Assembly: GCA_945947155.1 (NCBI GenBank)
Contig: CAMEXM010000001.1
Span: forward strand, 4,465-68,464
Source of the DNA: Polynucleobacter meluiroseus
GTDB lineage: Bacteria > Pseudomonadota > Gammaproteobacteria > Burkholderiales > Burkholderiaceae
Direction of reading: 5' to 3'
Length of the DNA: 64,000 nt
Shown: piece by piece, positions 1 to 10,611 of the stretch
Layout: every line of letters starts with the position of its first letter
How positions within the stretch are numbered: position 1 is the first letter of the stretch
The notes under the pieces: generated by a model
Seen by the model: only the letters and a program-made list of their open reading frames with translations
Database searches by the model: none
What the model was told of the DNA's origin: nothing
Position numbers and translations under genes: made by a program

Positions 1-1
1 A

Positions 2-2299
2 CCCAAGCTGAAAAAAACCGATAAGCATTCGATTGAGGTTGTGGTGGATCGCATTAAGGTACGTCCCGATATTCATCAGCGCTTAGCCGAGTCCTTTGAA
101 ACAGCACTGCGCTTAGCGGATGGCAAGGCAATGATTGTCGACATGGATACCGGTGTTGATACGATTTTCTCCAGTAAATTTGCTTGCCCGATTTGCTCGT
201 ACTCGCTGCAAGAGCTTGAGCCACGGCTATTCTCATTCAACAATCCGATGGGTGCGTGCCCCTCATGCGATGGTTTAGGTCACATTTCCTTTTTTGACCC
301 AAAGCGCATTGTGGCGCACCCCGATTTATCGCTTGCCTCAGGCGCAATTAAAGGCTGGGATCGCCGCAATCAGTTTTATTTCAAACTGCTTCAGACTCTA
401 GCAAAGCATGCCGGTTTTGATATTGAGAAACCATTTGAGAATCTATCTAAAAAAGCACAAGACCTGGTGTTAATGGGATCCGGTGACACCAATATTGCTT
501 TTGAGTATCTAAATGAGCGCGGCAAGTTAAGCGTGCGGCAACATCCCTTCGAAGGGATTGTGGCTAACTTTGAACGCCGTTACCGCGAAACCGAATCGAT
601 GGCGGTGCGCGAAGAGTTATCGCGCTATCAAAATATTCGCTCCTGCCCCGATTGCAATGGCACACGCTTACGCCGTGAAGCGCGCTTTGTCAAAGTAGGC
701 GACGGCAAGCAATCGCGCGGTATTTTTGAAATCAGCGCACTCCCCCTCAAAGAAGCAAAAGAGTATTTCGAGGCCCTCGAACTCAAAGGTGCAAAACGGG
801 AAATCGCAGACAAAATTGTGAAGGAGATTAGCTCCCGCTTAACCTTCTTAAACGATGTTGGTCTCGATTACCTCTCACTCGAACGCAGTGCTGACACGCT
901 GTCGGGCGGAGAAGCGCAACGCATTCGCTTGGCATCGCAAATTGGCTCGGGTTTAACGGGCGTGATGTATGTGCTAGATGAACCTTCGATTGGTTTACAT
1001 CAGCGCGATAACGATCGTCTGATTGGCACACTCAAGCACCTGCGCGACTTAGGAAACAGTGTGCTAGTAGTTGAGCATGACGAAGACATGATTCGCGCCT
1101 CTGACTACGTGATTGATATTGGTCCGGGCGCAGGCGTGCATGGCGGCCGAGTGGTGGCACAAGGAACCCCTGCTGAAGTGGAAGCCAACCCCAACTCGCT
1201 GACTGGCGCGTACTTGGCTGGACGCGAACGCATCGAGGTACCTGAAAAACGTATACCAGCTGGTGATCGCTTTTTAAAAATCATTGGCGCTACGGGTAAT
1301 AATTTGCAATCCGTGAATGCCGAAATTCCTGTGGGACTTTTAACCTGCGTCACAGGTGTGTCGGGCTCTGGTAAATCAACCCTTATCAATGACACCTTGC
1401 ATCATGCAGTTGCACACCACATCTACAAATCGAATGCGGAGCCTGCTGCCCATAAAGCGATTGAAGGCCTTGAGCACTTTGATAAGGTAATTAGCGTTGA
1501 TCAATCACCGATTGGTCGAACACCGCGATCCAACCCCGCAACCTACACCGGCCTATTTACACCCATTCGTGAACTCTTTGCTGGCGTGCCTGCATCGCGC
1601 GAGCGCGGCTATGAAGCTGGCCGCTTCTCTTTTAACGTGAAAGGGGGCCGCTGCGAAACGTGTGAAGGCGATGGCGTCCTTAAGGTAGAAATGCACTTTT
1701 TACCGGACGTATATGTCCCTTGCGATGTTTGCCACAGCAAACGCTATAACCGCGAAACCTTAGACATTCGCTACAAAGGAAAGAATATTCACGAAGTCTT
1801 AGCAATGACGATCGAGCAAGCGCATGAATTTTTTGAAGCAGTGCCCGTAGTCAAGCGCAAACTCAAAACCTTGCTGGATGTGGGCTTGGGATACGTCAAA
1901 CTAGGCCAAAGTGCGACGACGCTATCGGGCGGCGAAGCCCAGCGTGTGAAGTTATCGCTTGAGCTCTCTAAGCGCGATACCGGCAGAACCCTCTACATTT
2001 TGGATGAGCCAACAACGGGTTTGCATTTTCATGATATTCAATTGCTGTTGACTGTGATTCACACACTCAAAAAGCAAGGCAATACGATTGTCATCATTGA
2101 GCACAACCTGGATGTGATTAAAACCGCAGACTGGATTATTGATTTAGGCCCCAAAGGCGGGGCTGGTGGTGGCTTGATTATTGCAACCGGCACCCCTGAA
2201 GATGTGGCCAAGAATCCAGACAGCTTCACTGGTCACTACCTAGCACCACTACTTAAAGCAAAGCCCGTCAAGACTAAAACAAAGAAAGTAGCGGCTTAA
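2..2299 (+). CDS. uvrA: Excinuclease ABC subunit A, 5'-truncated by window edge
   Basis: The frame is open from nt 2 ([20 protein letters not shown]). Zinc-finger Cys pairs are present ([24 protein letters not shown]). There are two ABC modules (GVSGSGKST; LSGGEAQR twice; [11 protein letters not shown]). Confidence 0.97.
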   Translation, partial: PKLKKTDKHSIEVVVDRIKVRPDIHQRLAESFETALRLADGKAMIVDMDTGVDTIFSSKFACPICSYSLQELEPRLFSFNNPMGACPSCDGLGHISFFDPKRIVAHPDLSLASGAIKGWDRRNQFYFKLLQTLAKHAGFDIEKPFENLSKKAQDLVLMGSGDTNIAFEYLNERGKLSVRQHPFEGIVANFERRYRETESMAVREELSRYQNIRSCPDCNGTRLRREARFVKVGDGKQSRGIFEISALPLKEAKEYFEALELKGAKREIADKIVKEISSRLTFLNDVGLDYLSLERSADTLSGGEAQRIRLASQIGSGLTGVMYVLDEPSIGLHQRDNDRLIGTLKHLRDLGNSVLVVEHDEDMIRASDYVIDIGPGAGVHGGRVVAQGTPAEVEANPNSLTGAYLAGRERIEVPEKRIPAGDRFLKIIGATGNNLQSVNAEIPVGLLTCVTGVSGSGKSTLINDTLHHAVAHHIYKSNAEPAAHKAIEGLEHFDKVISVDQSPIGRTPRSNPATYTGLFTPIRELFAGVPASRERGYEAGRFSFNVKGGRCETCEGDGVLKVEMHFLPDVYVPCDVCHSKRYNRETLDIRYKGKNIHEVLAMTIEQAHEFFEAVPVVKRKLKTLLDVGLGYVKLGQSATTLSGGEAQRVKLSLELSKRDTGRTLYILDEPTTGLHFHDIQLLLTVIHTLKKQGNTIVIIEHNLDVIKTADWIIDLGPKGGAGGGLIIATGTPEDVAKNPDSFTGHYLAPLLKAKPVKTKTKKVAA

Positions 2300-2312
2300 G
2301 TACGTAAGTAGA

Positions 2313-4295
2313 TCAGAGCAGTTTCGTTTCGGCGATGTCCGTTGATTCGGAGCTGCCCGATAGCACCAGGATGTCGTTTTCAGCCAGCCGCAAATCCGGA
2401 CTAAGGGAGAGCTTCGCGTAGTCTTCACCGCCGACTTTGCGTCGTACTGCCTGAATTGCTACACCCTCTAAATCCGGACCAATCTCTTGCAGAGTTTTGC
2501 CAATCGCATGCGACCCAGAAATCAAGGTAATGGTATGCAGACGCCACGACTCATTCTCCTCTAGGTCATCGCCTTCCGACCCCCGAAAGTACCCACGTAA
2601 TAAGCCATAGCGGGCCTCACGCGCCTCGGTTACGCGACGCAACACTTTACGCATCGGTACGCCCATGATCAAAAGTACATGGGATGCCAACATCAAGCTG
2701 CCTTCAATCAGCTCGGGCACGACTTCAGTTGCACCGGCTGCCTCGAGTTTTTTCAGGTCTGAATCATCTTTAGTACGAACCAGTGTGGTCATACCAGGTC
2801 GCAAACGCTCAACTTGATATAGGACCTTTAAGCTGGCAGCCGTATCCGCAAAAGTGACTACAACAGCCTTGGCGCGGGCAATGCCAGCAGACACTAAGTA
2901 ATTTTCTCGGCTGGAATCACCATATACGACTTGATCTCCCGCCATACTTGCCTCAGCAACGCGATCAGGGTCTAGGTCCAATGCGATGTAAGGAATTTTT
3001 TCTTGATCAAGCATGCGCGCGAGGCTTTGTCCTGCCCTACCAAAACCGCAAATAATGATGTGGTTTTCATGGCGCACCGTTTTTGCCGCAACCCGTGTTA
3101 ACGCCAACGACTGCAACAACCATTCGCTACTTGCAAACCGCAATGCAATCCGGTCGCTGTATTGAATTAAGAAGGGTGCGCCAAACATCGATATCAACAT
3201 CGCTGCGAGCAGTGCTTGGCTTAATGCTGGGTCAATCAATTTCAAGCCATCAATTTGATTCAGCAGCACAAAACCAAATTCACCTGCTTGGCATAAACAC
3301 AAACCGGTTCGAATCGCCACGCCTGCGCTCGCCTTAAAGGCCCTGGCCAAAGCAGCAATCATGGCGAACTTGATGATGATGATCGCAGCCAATAGGGCAA
3401 GCACTAGGACCCATTGATCCAGAATCACATGCAGATCTAAAAGCATGCCTACCGTGATGAAGAACAATCCCAAGAGCACATCACGGAAAGGCTTGATGTC
3501 CTCCTCCACTTGATGCCGGAAGGGGGTTTCTGAAATCAGCATGCCGGCCAAAAAAGCCCCTAAGGCCAGCGATAAACCCAAATGCTCCGTAATGGCAGAA
3601 AAGCCCAATACGATCAATAGCAAATTGAGCATGAATAATTCTTGGGAACGAAATTGCGCCACCAATTTGAACCAGCGACTCATCAGTTGGCGGCCAACAA
3701 AGAAGATCAAAAATAAGGCGATTGAAATTTTGATCAGGGCAGTACCTAAAGCAAAAAAGAGGTCTGCTGGATCCTGACTAAGGGCGGGTAGCAAAATTAA
3801 TAAAAAGACCACTGCTAGATCCTGAAACAACAGTACGCCGATGACGTTTCGGCCATGCTCTGTTTCGAGCTCACTCCGATCTGCAAGCAATTTCGTGACG
3901 ATGGCGGTAGAGGACATGGACAAGGCGCCACCCAAGGCGAGTGCAGCCTGCCAGCTCATGGGGTAGAACCAGTTCAGCAAAAGACTGCTGAGGATGGTTA
4001 AAGCCATGGTCAAGAGCACTTGGCTCGCGCCCAAACCAAATACGATGGAGCGCGTTGCCCGCAGCTTTTGGAGGTTAAATTCCAGGCCGATGGAGAACAT
4101 CAAAAAAACCACCCCAAACTCCGCTAAATAGCGCACCGTTTCAGAGTCGCTGGCAATTCCAAAGGCCTTTGGCCCAATTAAGACGCCAATGGCTAAATAG
4201 CCCAAAATTGGCGGTAAGCCAAAATAGCGGAAAATAAGGACTCCGGCAACACCGGAAGCCAGCAAAATGAGGGTTAATTGAAGGACTGACGGCAT
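2313..4295 (-). CDS. CPA2-family monovalent cation:proton antiporter with RCK (TrkA-N/TrkA-C) domains, KefB/YbaL-like
   Basis: 660 aa. The N-terminal half is polytopic membrane (GLPPILGYLAIGVLIGP). It is followed by a Rossmann motif (IIICGFGRAGQSLA) and a TrkA-C-like tail. Confidence 0.88.
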   Translation of the reverse strand: MPSVLQLTLILLASGVAGVLIFRYFGLPPILGYLAIGVLIGPKAFGIASDSETVRYLAEFGVVFLMFSIGLEFNLQKLRATRSIVFGLGASQVLLTMALTILSSLLLNWFYPMSWQAALALGGALSMSSTAIVTKLLADRSELETEHGRNVIGVLLFQDLAVVFLLILLPALSQDPADLFFALGTALIKISIALFLIFFVGRQLMSRWFKLVAQFRSQELFMLNLLLIVLGFSAITEHLGLSLALGAFLAGMLISETPFRHQVEEDIKPFRDVLLGLFFITVGMLLDLHVILDQWVLVLALLAAIIIIKFAMIAALARAFKASAGVAIRTGLCLCQAGEFGFVLLNQIDGLKLIDPALSQALLAAMLISMFGAPFLIQYSDRIALRFASSEWLLQSLALTRVAAKTVRHENHIIICGFGRAGQSLARMLDQEKIPYIALDLDPDRVAEASMAGDQVVYGDSSRENYLVSAGIARAKAVVVTFADTAASLKVLYQVERLRPGMTTLVRTKDDSDLKKLEAAGATEVVPELIEGSLMLASHVLLIMGVPMRKVLRRVTEAREARYGLLRGYFRGSEGDDLEENESWRLHTITLISGSHAIGKTLQEIGPDLEGVAIQAVRRKVGGEDYAKLSLSPDLRLAENDILVLSGSSESTDIAETKLL

Positions 4296-4306
4296 ATACT
4301 CATCCC

Positions 4307-5299
4307 ATGATAGCGAAGACGCAAGATCAAATCCTAAAGCTCGCGCGCGATACCCTCACCATTGAGGCGGATGCGCTGATTACGATGCGTAACCGCCTTG
4401 AAGGCGCTGGTGCAGATGCCTTTACATTGGCCATTCATTTATTACGGCAATGCAGTGGCCGCATTGTGGTCTCAGGTATCGGCAAGTCAGGTCATATTGC
4501 ACGCAAAATTGCAGCCACCTTTGCCTCCACTGGATCCCCCGCTTTTTTTGTTCACCCTGCAGAAGCGAGCCATGGCGATTTGGGTATGGTGACGCGCGAC
4601 GATGTTTTTGTCGCCCTGTCCAATTCGGGTGAAACTGCTGAGTTACTGACCATCATCCCGATCATCAAGCGCACCGGCGCCAAGCTGATTGCCCTAACCG
4701 GCAAACCCGACTCATCACTAGCAAAATTAGCAGATGCGCATCTTGATACCGGCGTAGAAAAAGAAGCTTGCCCCCTTAACCTCGCCCCTACAAGCAGCAC
4801 GACAGCCGCCCTTGCAATGGGTGATGCGTTGGCAGTGGCTTTACTCGATGCCCGCGGCTTTCAGGCGGAGGACTTTATTCGCTCGCATCCCGGCGGGCGT
4901 CTTGGGCGCAAGCAGCTGATGTATGTAAGCGATGTGATGCGTGCACTAGCACAAACTCCAACTATCTCAATTGATGCACACTTGCCGGCGGCCTTATTGG
5001 AAATGACGGCTAAGAAAATGGGGATGGTTGTCATGCTTGCTTCGGACTCTACCGTCGCTGGTATTTTTACCGACGGGGATCTGCGCCGCTTACTTGAAAA
5101 ATCAACTAACCTCACTGGGGTCAGCCTAAAAGATGCGGTTACCAGCAAACCTCGCACCATTCCACCTGAGCTTCTGGCAGAAGAGGCGATTGAGATGATG
5201 GAAAAATACCGCATCAACCATTTGGTTGTAACTGATCCACGTGGCCAATTATTAGGCGCCCTCAACCTGCATGACTTGTTCGCCGCCAAAGTCCTTTAA
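4307..5299 (+). CDS. kdsD: Arabinose-5-phosphate isomerase (SIS + tandem CBS)
   Basis: SIS motif VSGIGKSGHIARKIAATFASTGSPAFF, a C-terminal CBS pair, and the conserved position before kdsC-lptCAB. Confidence 0.94.
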   Translation: MIAKTQDQILKLARDTLTIEADALITMRNRLEGAGADAFTLAIHLLRQCSGRIVVSGIGKSGHIARKIAATFASTGSPAFFVHPAEASHGDLGMVTRDDVFVALSNSGETAELLTIIPIIKRTGAKLIALTGKPDSSLAKLADAHLDTGVEKEACPLNLAPTSSTTAALAMGDALAVALLDARGFQAEDFIRSHPGGRLGRKQLMYVSDVMRALAQTPTISIDAHLPAALLEMTAKKMGMVVMLASDSTVAGIFTDGDLRRLLEKSTNLTGVSLKDAVTSKPRTIPPELLAEEAIEMMEKYRINHLVVTDPRGQLLGALNLHDLFAAKVL

Positions 5300-5311
5300 G
5301 AAGCCTTCTGT

Positions 5312-5884
5312 ATGCCGATTGCATTTAATCCACACCAAACAAACCCATCGGTGCAATTTCCACAGGCATGGGAACGGGCAGCGCACGTCAAACTACTGGT
5401 CTTGGATGTTGATGGCGTGCTCACCAATGGCCAGGTATTTTTTGGACAAGATGGCAAGGAATTGATGAAGGCATTTGATATTCAGGATGGGCTTGGTATC
5501 AAGTTATTACAGCAATGCGGCATTGAAACGGCCGTTATCACTGGCAGGAACTCGAAAATGGTGCTCTCCCGCTGCGATGAATTGGGGATTAAGCATGTGT
5601 TTATGGGGGTGGAGAATAAAGCAATCGCCCTCAGTGAGTTGTTGAAGCGTACCGCACATACCGCTGCAGATTGCGCCGTCATGGGCGATGATTGGCCTGA
5701 TTTGCCGATGATGAAACAGGCTGGCCTACGCGTCTGCCCAGCCCAAGGACACGAGGCCGTGCGCGACTTTGCGCACTTCATCACCTCTAGGGCCGGCGGC
5801 GGCGGCGCCGTTCGCGAACTATGTGATCTCATTCTCAAAGCGCAAAACCGCTATGAGGCACTTCTAACTGAGGCGCGCAACTAA
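5312..5884 (+). CDS. kdsC: 3-deoxy-D-manno-octulosonate-8-phosphate phosphatase (HAD family)
   Basis: HAD motifs LLVLDVDGVLT and MGDDWPDLPMM. Synteny with kdsD and lptC. Confidence 0.92.
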   Translation: MPIAFNPHQTNPSVQFPQAWERAAHVKLLVLDVDGVLTNGQVFFGQDGKELMKAFDIQDGLGIKLLQQCGIETAVITGRNSKMVLSRCDELGIKHVFMGVENKAIALSELLKRTAHTAADCAVMGDDWPDLPMMKQAGLRVCPAQGHEAVRDFAHFITSRAGGGGAVRELCDLILKAQNRYEALLTEARN

Positions 5885-6526
5885 ATGCAAGTCAGCATAG
5901 CCCAAGTAAAGCTGGGCACAGTGCGCACCATTCTGCGCCTAATGCCCCTCCTTCTTATGGGTAGCCTGACCTTGCTGACCTTTTGGCTGGTCCAAAAAAA
6001 TACGCCTTTACCCATGAATGCGATTGAGCGTCCGCGCTTGCATGAGCCTGATTACACCCTCAAAAATGGGGCGCTCTCCTATCTCAATGAACATGGCCAA
6101 ACAAAATATCGTATTTTAGGAAAAGAGTTGATTCATTACGACGACGATGCGTCGATTGATATTGTGCAACCAAGCATGCGATCCTTCCAGCCGAATAAAG
6201 CGCCTATTACCGTGCGTGCCAAACGCGGACATATCGACGGCGATCTGAGCATTCTTGATTTGTACGACAACGTCGAAATTTATAGACCACCACAAAATGC
6301 AAGCCAAACTCAACAAGCGAGTCCCTATATGTTGGCAAAGTCGAGTTACTTTCGGGTCTTGATTAATGACGATATTATCAAAACACATAAGCCAGTAGAG
6401 CTCGAGCAAGGCCTATCGGTTATGCAGTCCAATGCCGGCGGTGTATTTGATAATGTGCAACAAAGCATGCAATTGCTTGGCACAGTCAAAGGGCGCATCG
6501 AGCCTGCACAGCAAGGAAGACGATGA
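5885..6526 (+). CDS. lptC: LPS export system protein LptC
   Basis: One N-terminal TM helix followed by a soluble beta-rich domain. It sits between kdsC and lptA and overlaps lptA by 4 nt. The call is by position and architecture. Confidence 0.8.
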   Translation: MQVSIAQVKLGTVRTILRLMPLLLMGSLTLLTFWLVQKNTPLPMNAIERPRLHEPDYTLKNGALSYLNEHGQTKYRILGKELIHYDDDASIDIVQPSMRSFQPNKAPITVRAKRGHIDGDLSILDLYDNVEIYRPPQNASQTQQASPYMLAKSSYFRVLINDDIIKTHKPVELEQGLSVMQSNAGGVFDNVQQSMQLLGTVKGRIEPAQQGRR

Positions 6527-7092
6527 GACGCATGAATATCGGATCGGCCTTCCTCCTTGCGCCTTTAGTATTTTTTGGACTCAATTTATTGAGCTGCCAT
6601 GCGCTGGCAGAAAAGGCAGACCAAGATAAACCATTAATTCTGAATGCTGGCTCCGTATCGATTAATGAAGTAGAGCAAAAATACAAACTCCAGGGCGATA
6701 TTCTGTTGATTAAAGGCAGCATTGTGGTGACTGGTGATAAGGGCGAGGTTCTTGTCGACCCAGAGGGTTATCAGTTCATCGAAGTAAGGGGCGATGCAAA
6801 ATCGCTTGCCACCTTTCGGCAGCGTCGCGAGGGACTAGCGAATGAATTTATGCAAGGCTTTAGTAAAGACGTCAATTACAACAGCAAACAGGAAGTACTT
6901 ATTTTGCTTGGCGATGCCAGCATGAAGCGCTTGCTGAATATGCAGATGCGAGACCATCTACGCGGCGGCAAAATAGAATACCGCGACGACACCCAAGAAT
7001 ACCGCGTGAGTCCTCCCGCCAATCAACCCAAAAGCGCGCCCCCTTCCTCAAGGGCTATTTTGGCTCCCCGTAGTAAAGTAATGATTCAATGA
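6523..7092 (+). CDS. lptA: LPS transport periplasmic protein LptA (OstA-like)
   Basis: Signal peptide ([20 protein letters not shown]), an OstA-type repeat-like beta sequence, and a 4-nt overlap with lptB. Confidence 0.85.
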   Translation: MRRMNIGSAFLLAPLVFFGLNLLSCHALAEKADQDKPLILNAGSVSINEVEQKYKLQGDILLIKGSIVVTGDKGEVLVDPEGYQFIEVRGDAKSLATFRQRREGLANEFMQGFSKDVNYNSKQEVLILLGDASMKRLLNMQMRDHLRGGKIEYRDDTQEYRVSPPANQPKSAPPSSRAILAPRSKVMIQ

Positions 7093-7856
7093 ATACTGCA
7101 TCTGTAGCCACCCCCGTTACCCCAACACTGATTGCAAGCAACCTGCAAAAGCGCTATGGATCTAGAACGGTTGTTCGGGATGTTTCGATTGAAGTGAAGT
7201 GCGGTGAGGTGGTAGGTCTACTTGGCCCAAATGGTGCTGGCAAGACAACGTCGTTTTACATGATTGTTGGCCTTGTTCCACTGGATGGTGGCAACATTAA
7301 TTTAGATGGAAAAGAGATTAGCCATTTGCCCATTCATGAACGTGCTCGCATGGGCTTGTCATATCTCCCACAAGAAGCTTCCGTATTTCGGAAGCTCAAT
7401 GTTGCTGAGAATATTCAAGCTGTTCTGGAGCTACAAGTTCAAGGCGGTAAAGCGCTTACAAAAAAAGAAGTTCGGACTCGTTTGGATGAGCTCCTTGGGG
7501 AATTGCAGATTACCCATCTGCGCAATAATCCAGCGCTATCGCTCTCGGGCGGTGAACGGCGGCGCGTAGAAATTGCGAGGGCACTTGCCTCGCAACCGAA
7601 ATTTATATTACTCGATGAGCCATTTGCAGGGGTTGACCCCATAGCGGTTGGGGAAATTCAGCGTATCGTTCGTTTTCTTCGCGATCGCCAAATTGGGGTT
7701 TTAATTACTGACCACAATGTGCGGGAAACATTGGGTATATGCGACCATGCCTATATTATTAGTGAGGGCAGCGTCCTTGCTGCAGGCAAGCCAGATGAGA
7801 TTATTGAGAATGATGCGGTCAGACGCGTCTATCTGGGTGAAAATTTCCGTATGTAA
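7089..7856 (+). CDS. lptB: LPS export ABC transporter ATPase LptB
   Basis: Walker [10 protein letters not shown], signature LSGGERRR, Walker [12 protein letters not shown]. Confidence 0.97.
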   Translation: MNTASVATPVTPTLIASNLQKRYGSRTVVRDVSIEVKCGEVVGLLGPNGAGKTTSFYMIVGLVPLDGGNINLDGKEISHLPIHERARMGLSYLPQEASVFRKLNVAENIQAVLELQVQGGKALTKKEVRTRLDELLGELQITHLRNNPALSLSGGERRRVEIARALASQPKFILLDEPFAGVDPIAVGEIQRIVRFLRDRQIGVLITDHNVRETLGICDHAYIISEGSVLAAGKPDEIIENDAVRRVYLGENFRM

Positions 7857-7910
7857 TTTGCTCTAAATGTGATTTACTAGTAGTTCGTTTCTACTCTGGA
7901 GGCATTGCTT

Positions 7911-8234
7911 ATGAACTTAAAAATCAACAGTCGTCATCTTGAAGTAACCCCCGCAATGCGCGCCCATGTAGAGCTAGGAATGAGTAAGGTTCGAAAGCAC
8001 TTTGATCACGTGATTGATGCGACTATTTTCTTGATGATCGACAATGCCAAGGAAAAAGACCTAAGGCAAACCGCAGAATTAACGATTCACCTCAAAGGCA
8101 AGGATTTGTACGCTGAGGCACATAATGCAGATCTTTACCACGCGATTGATGCTGCAGTTGGCAAGCTAGAGCGGCAGGTGGTCAAACATAAGGAAAAAGT
8201 GCAAGACCACCACCACGAAAAACATCCAGAATAA
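7911..8234 (+). CDS. hpf: Ribosome hibernation promoting factor (short HPF/YfiA type)
   Basis: MNLKINSRHLEVTPAMRAHVE is a typical HPF N-terminus. GGAGG at 7898-7902 lies 8 nt before ATG 7911, whereas the ORF track starts at TTG 7905. The C-terminus is His-rich. Confidence 0.9.
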   Translation: MNLKINSRHLEVTPAMRAHVELGMSKVRKHFDHVIDATIFLMIDNAKEKDLRQTAELTIHLKGKDLYAEAHNADLYHAIDAAVGKLERQVVKHKEKVQDHHHEKHPE

Positions 8235-8264
8235 GCGGATTGATTGGGCTAGTCATATAATCAA

Positions 8265-8726
8265 ATGCATATGAATGCCCTACTTGATCTTTTCACTACA
8301 GACTGCATTGCGCTTCATAGTCCTGCCAAAAACAGGTCTGAAGCCTTTGCGCTGGCAGGATCTCTATTTAGTCAGCGTTTAAACCTAAGCTCCGATCTTA
8401 TTGTTTCGTTTTTAAATGCCCGTGAGGATTTGGGCTCGACTGCTTTGGGTGCTGGGGTTGCGATACCGCATGGCAGAGTAAAGGGCTTGAAAGAGCCGGT
8501 GGCTGCATTGGTTCGTTTTAGCACCCCAATTGAATTTGCCGCCCCCGATGGCTTACCTGTTTCAGTCCTCATTTTTTTGCTGGTCCCTGAAAAAGCAACG
8601 CAACAGCATCTGGAAATTCTTTCTTCGATCGCGCAACTTCTCTCTGATCCCGATACGCGCAACAAAATCAGTGCCGAAAACAACCCGGAAAAAGTATGTC
8701 AGCTACTACAGGAATGGAGTGCCTGA
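8265..8726 (+). CDS. ptsN: PTS EIIA-Ntr (nitrogen-regulatory IIA)
   Basis: EIIA type-2 fold with phospho-His context GAGVAIPHGRVKG. Canonical position after hpf. Confidence 0.9.
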   Translation: MHMNALLDLFTTDCIALHSPAKNRSEAFALAGSLFSQRLNLSSDLIVSFLNAREDLGSTALGAGVAIPHGRVKGLKEPVAALVRFSTPIEFAAPDGLPVSVLIFLLVPEKATQQHLEILSSIAQLLSDPDTRNKISAENNPEKVCQLLQEWSA

Positions 8727-8729
8727 CTT

Positions 8730-9716
8730 ATGTCACAACATCTGCTTCTTGAGGGGCTTACCGCGCTTCAGATTTTTGATGACAACGTCTCTGAGCTTAA
8801 GTTGTCTTGGATTCGCGGACTAGAAGGTTCTGATCGTAAATTCCCAACCGAGGCAGTACGTGCAGCCGCAGCCTCCTCAGACCTAGTTGGCCACCTCAAC
8901 TTAATACACCCCAGCCGAATTCAGATATTTGGTGAGCAAGAGGTGGATTACCACGCCGACCTGACCGCCGAACAGCGGCATGCGCAAATTGCCAATCTAA
9001 TCTCCAAAACCCCGCCCTGCGTTATTGTGGCGGATGGCCGCACAGCAGATCCCGATTTAGAGTTGTTTTGCCAGCGTTCCTCAACTCCGTTATTTACCAC
9101 TCCCGTGTCGGCAGCGGAGGTAATTGACCATTTACGTACTTACTTAACCAAAATAGGAGCCCCCCAAGTCACAATGCACGGGGTCTTTATGGATATTTTG
9201 GGACTAGGCGTCCTCATTACGGGGGAATCGGGTCTGGGTAAAAGCGAATTGGGTTTAGAGCTGATCTCCCGGGGTCACGGCCTTGTTGCCGATGATGCAG
9301 TGGATTTTGCGCGCCTGGGTCCAGACTACATTGAGGGGCGTTGCCCTGTAATTCTGCGGGACTTACTGGAAGTACGTGGCTTGGGCTTACTCGACATCCG
9401 AACTATTTTTGGTGAAACCGCAGTCCGCCGTAAATTGAAGCTAAGACTGATTGTCCAGTTGGTCCGCCGCAACGATGGAGAATTTGAGCGTCTACCGATT
9501 GATGCCCAGTTTATTGATGTCCTGGGTACGCAAATTCGTACTGTAAAAATTCAGGTGGCGGCAGGTCGAAATCTAGCCGTACTGGTGGAAGCTGCGGTCC
9601 GTAATACTATTTTGCAATTGCGTGGCATTGATACCCTTAAAGAATTCATTGAGCGGCAACGCGTCCAAATGATTACCGAATCAGAGCAGCCAAAAAATCA
9701 AGGGCGCTTGATTTAG
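8730..9716 (+). CDS. hprK: HPr kinase/phosphorylase
   Basis: P-loop GESGLGKSE and the HprK C-terminal domain ([12 protein letters not shown]). Confidence 0.93.
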   Translation: MSQHLLLEGLTALQIFDDNVSELKLSWIRGLEGSDRKFPTEAVRAAAASSDLVGHLNLIHPSRIQIFGEQEVDYHADLTAEQRHAQIANLISKTPPCVIVADGRTADPDLELFCQRSSTPLFTTPVSAAEVIDHLRTYLTKIGAPQVTMHGVFMDILGLGVLITGESGLGKSELGLELISRGHGLVADDAVDFARLGPDYIEGRCPVILRDLLEVRGLGLLDIRTIFGETAVRRKLKLRLIVQLVRRNDGEFERLPIDAQFIDVLGTQIRTVKIQVAAGRNLAVLVEAAVRNTILQLRGIDTLKEFIERQRVQMITESEQPKNQGRLI

Positions 9717-9717
9717 T

Positions 9718-10611
9718 ATGCATATCCATCTGATAACCGGCATCTCTGGTTCAGGTAAATCGGTTGCTCTTAGGGCATTTGAAGACAGTGGTTACGACTG
9801 CGTCGATAACCTGCCTGTGCCCTTATTAGAAAACCTCATCACTGCGATGGAAAATGAAGGGCGTGAGTTTGTTGCTGTTGCAATCGATGCGCGTCGCGGA
9901 CAATCGATTGCAGAGCTACCATCCCTCCTTGAAACAATTCGCAAAAAGCACCAAGTCCGCATTTTATTTCTGAATGCCGACACTAACACCTTGGTGCAGC
10001 GCTTTTCCGAAACCCGTCGTCGCCACCCTCTATCCACTGCTGTCAGCGCGCAACAGAATCAATCCGCCACCATCATTGAGGCCATCGAGCGTGAACGTAG
10101 TTTGCTTGATCCACTCCGGGAGCAAGCCCACAGCATCGATACCAGCAATCTGCCATCGCATACCTTGCGCGCTTGGATTCATGAGCTTCTCAAAGAAAAA
10201 CCCAATGGACTCACACTCATTCTGGAGTCATTTGGTTTTAAGAAAGGCGTACCCAGCGAAGCTGATCTGGTTTTTGATGTTCGCTGCCTCCCCAATCCCC
10301 ATTACGACAATGTATTACGTCCGTTAACCGGACATGACGAGCCAGTGAAAGCCTTTTTACGCGAACTTCCAATGGTCAACAGCATGGAAGAAGACATTAT
10401 TCACTTTGTTGAGAAGTGGCTTCCCAACTACATTGCTGACGGTAGAAGTTATTTAACCGTTGCCATTGGCTGTACCGGCGGCCAACACCGCTCGGTCTTT
10501 TTAGTTGATCAACTCATGGCCTATTTTTCAAAACAATCGGACTTGCATTCGCGCATCGATCTGATTCAGCGGCACCGTGAGCTTGACTCCAAGACTCCAA
10601 CAGCAGCCTAA
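9718..10611 (+). CDS. rapZ: RNase adapter protein RapZ (YhbJ family P-loop ATPase)
   Basis: GISGSGKS Walker A and C-terminal GCTGGQHRSV. Canonical position after ptsN/hprK. Confidence 0.93.
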   Translation: MHIHLITGISGSGKSVALRAFEDSGYDCVDNLPVPLLENLITAMENEGREFVAVAIDARRGQSIAELPSLLETIRKKHQVRILFLNADTNTLVQRFSETRRRHPLSTAVSAQQNQSATIIEAIERERSLLDPLREQAHSIDTSNLPSHTLRAWIHELLKEKPNGLTLILESFGFKKGVPSEADLVFDVRCLPNPHYDNVLRPLTGHDEPVKAFLRELPMVNSMEEDIIHFVEKWLPNYIADGRSYLTVAIGCTGGQHRSVFLVDQLMAYFSKQSDLHSRIDLIQRHRELDSKTPTAA

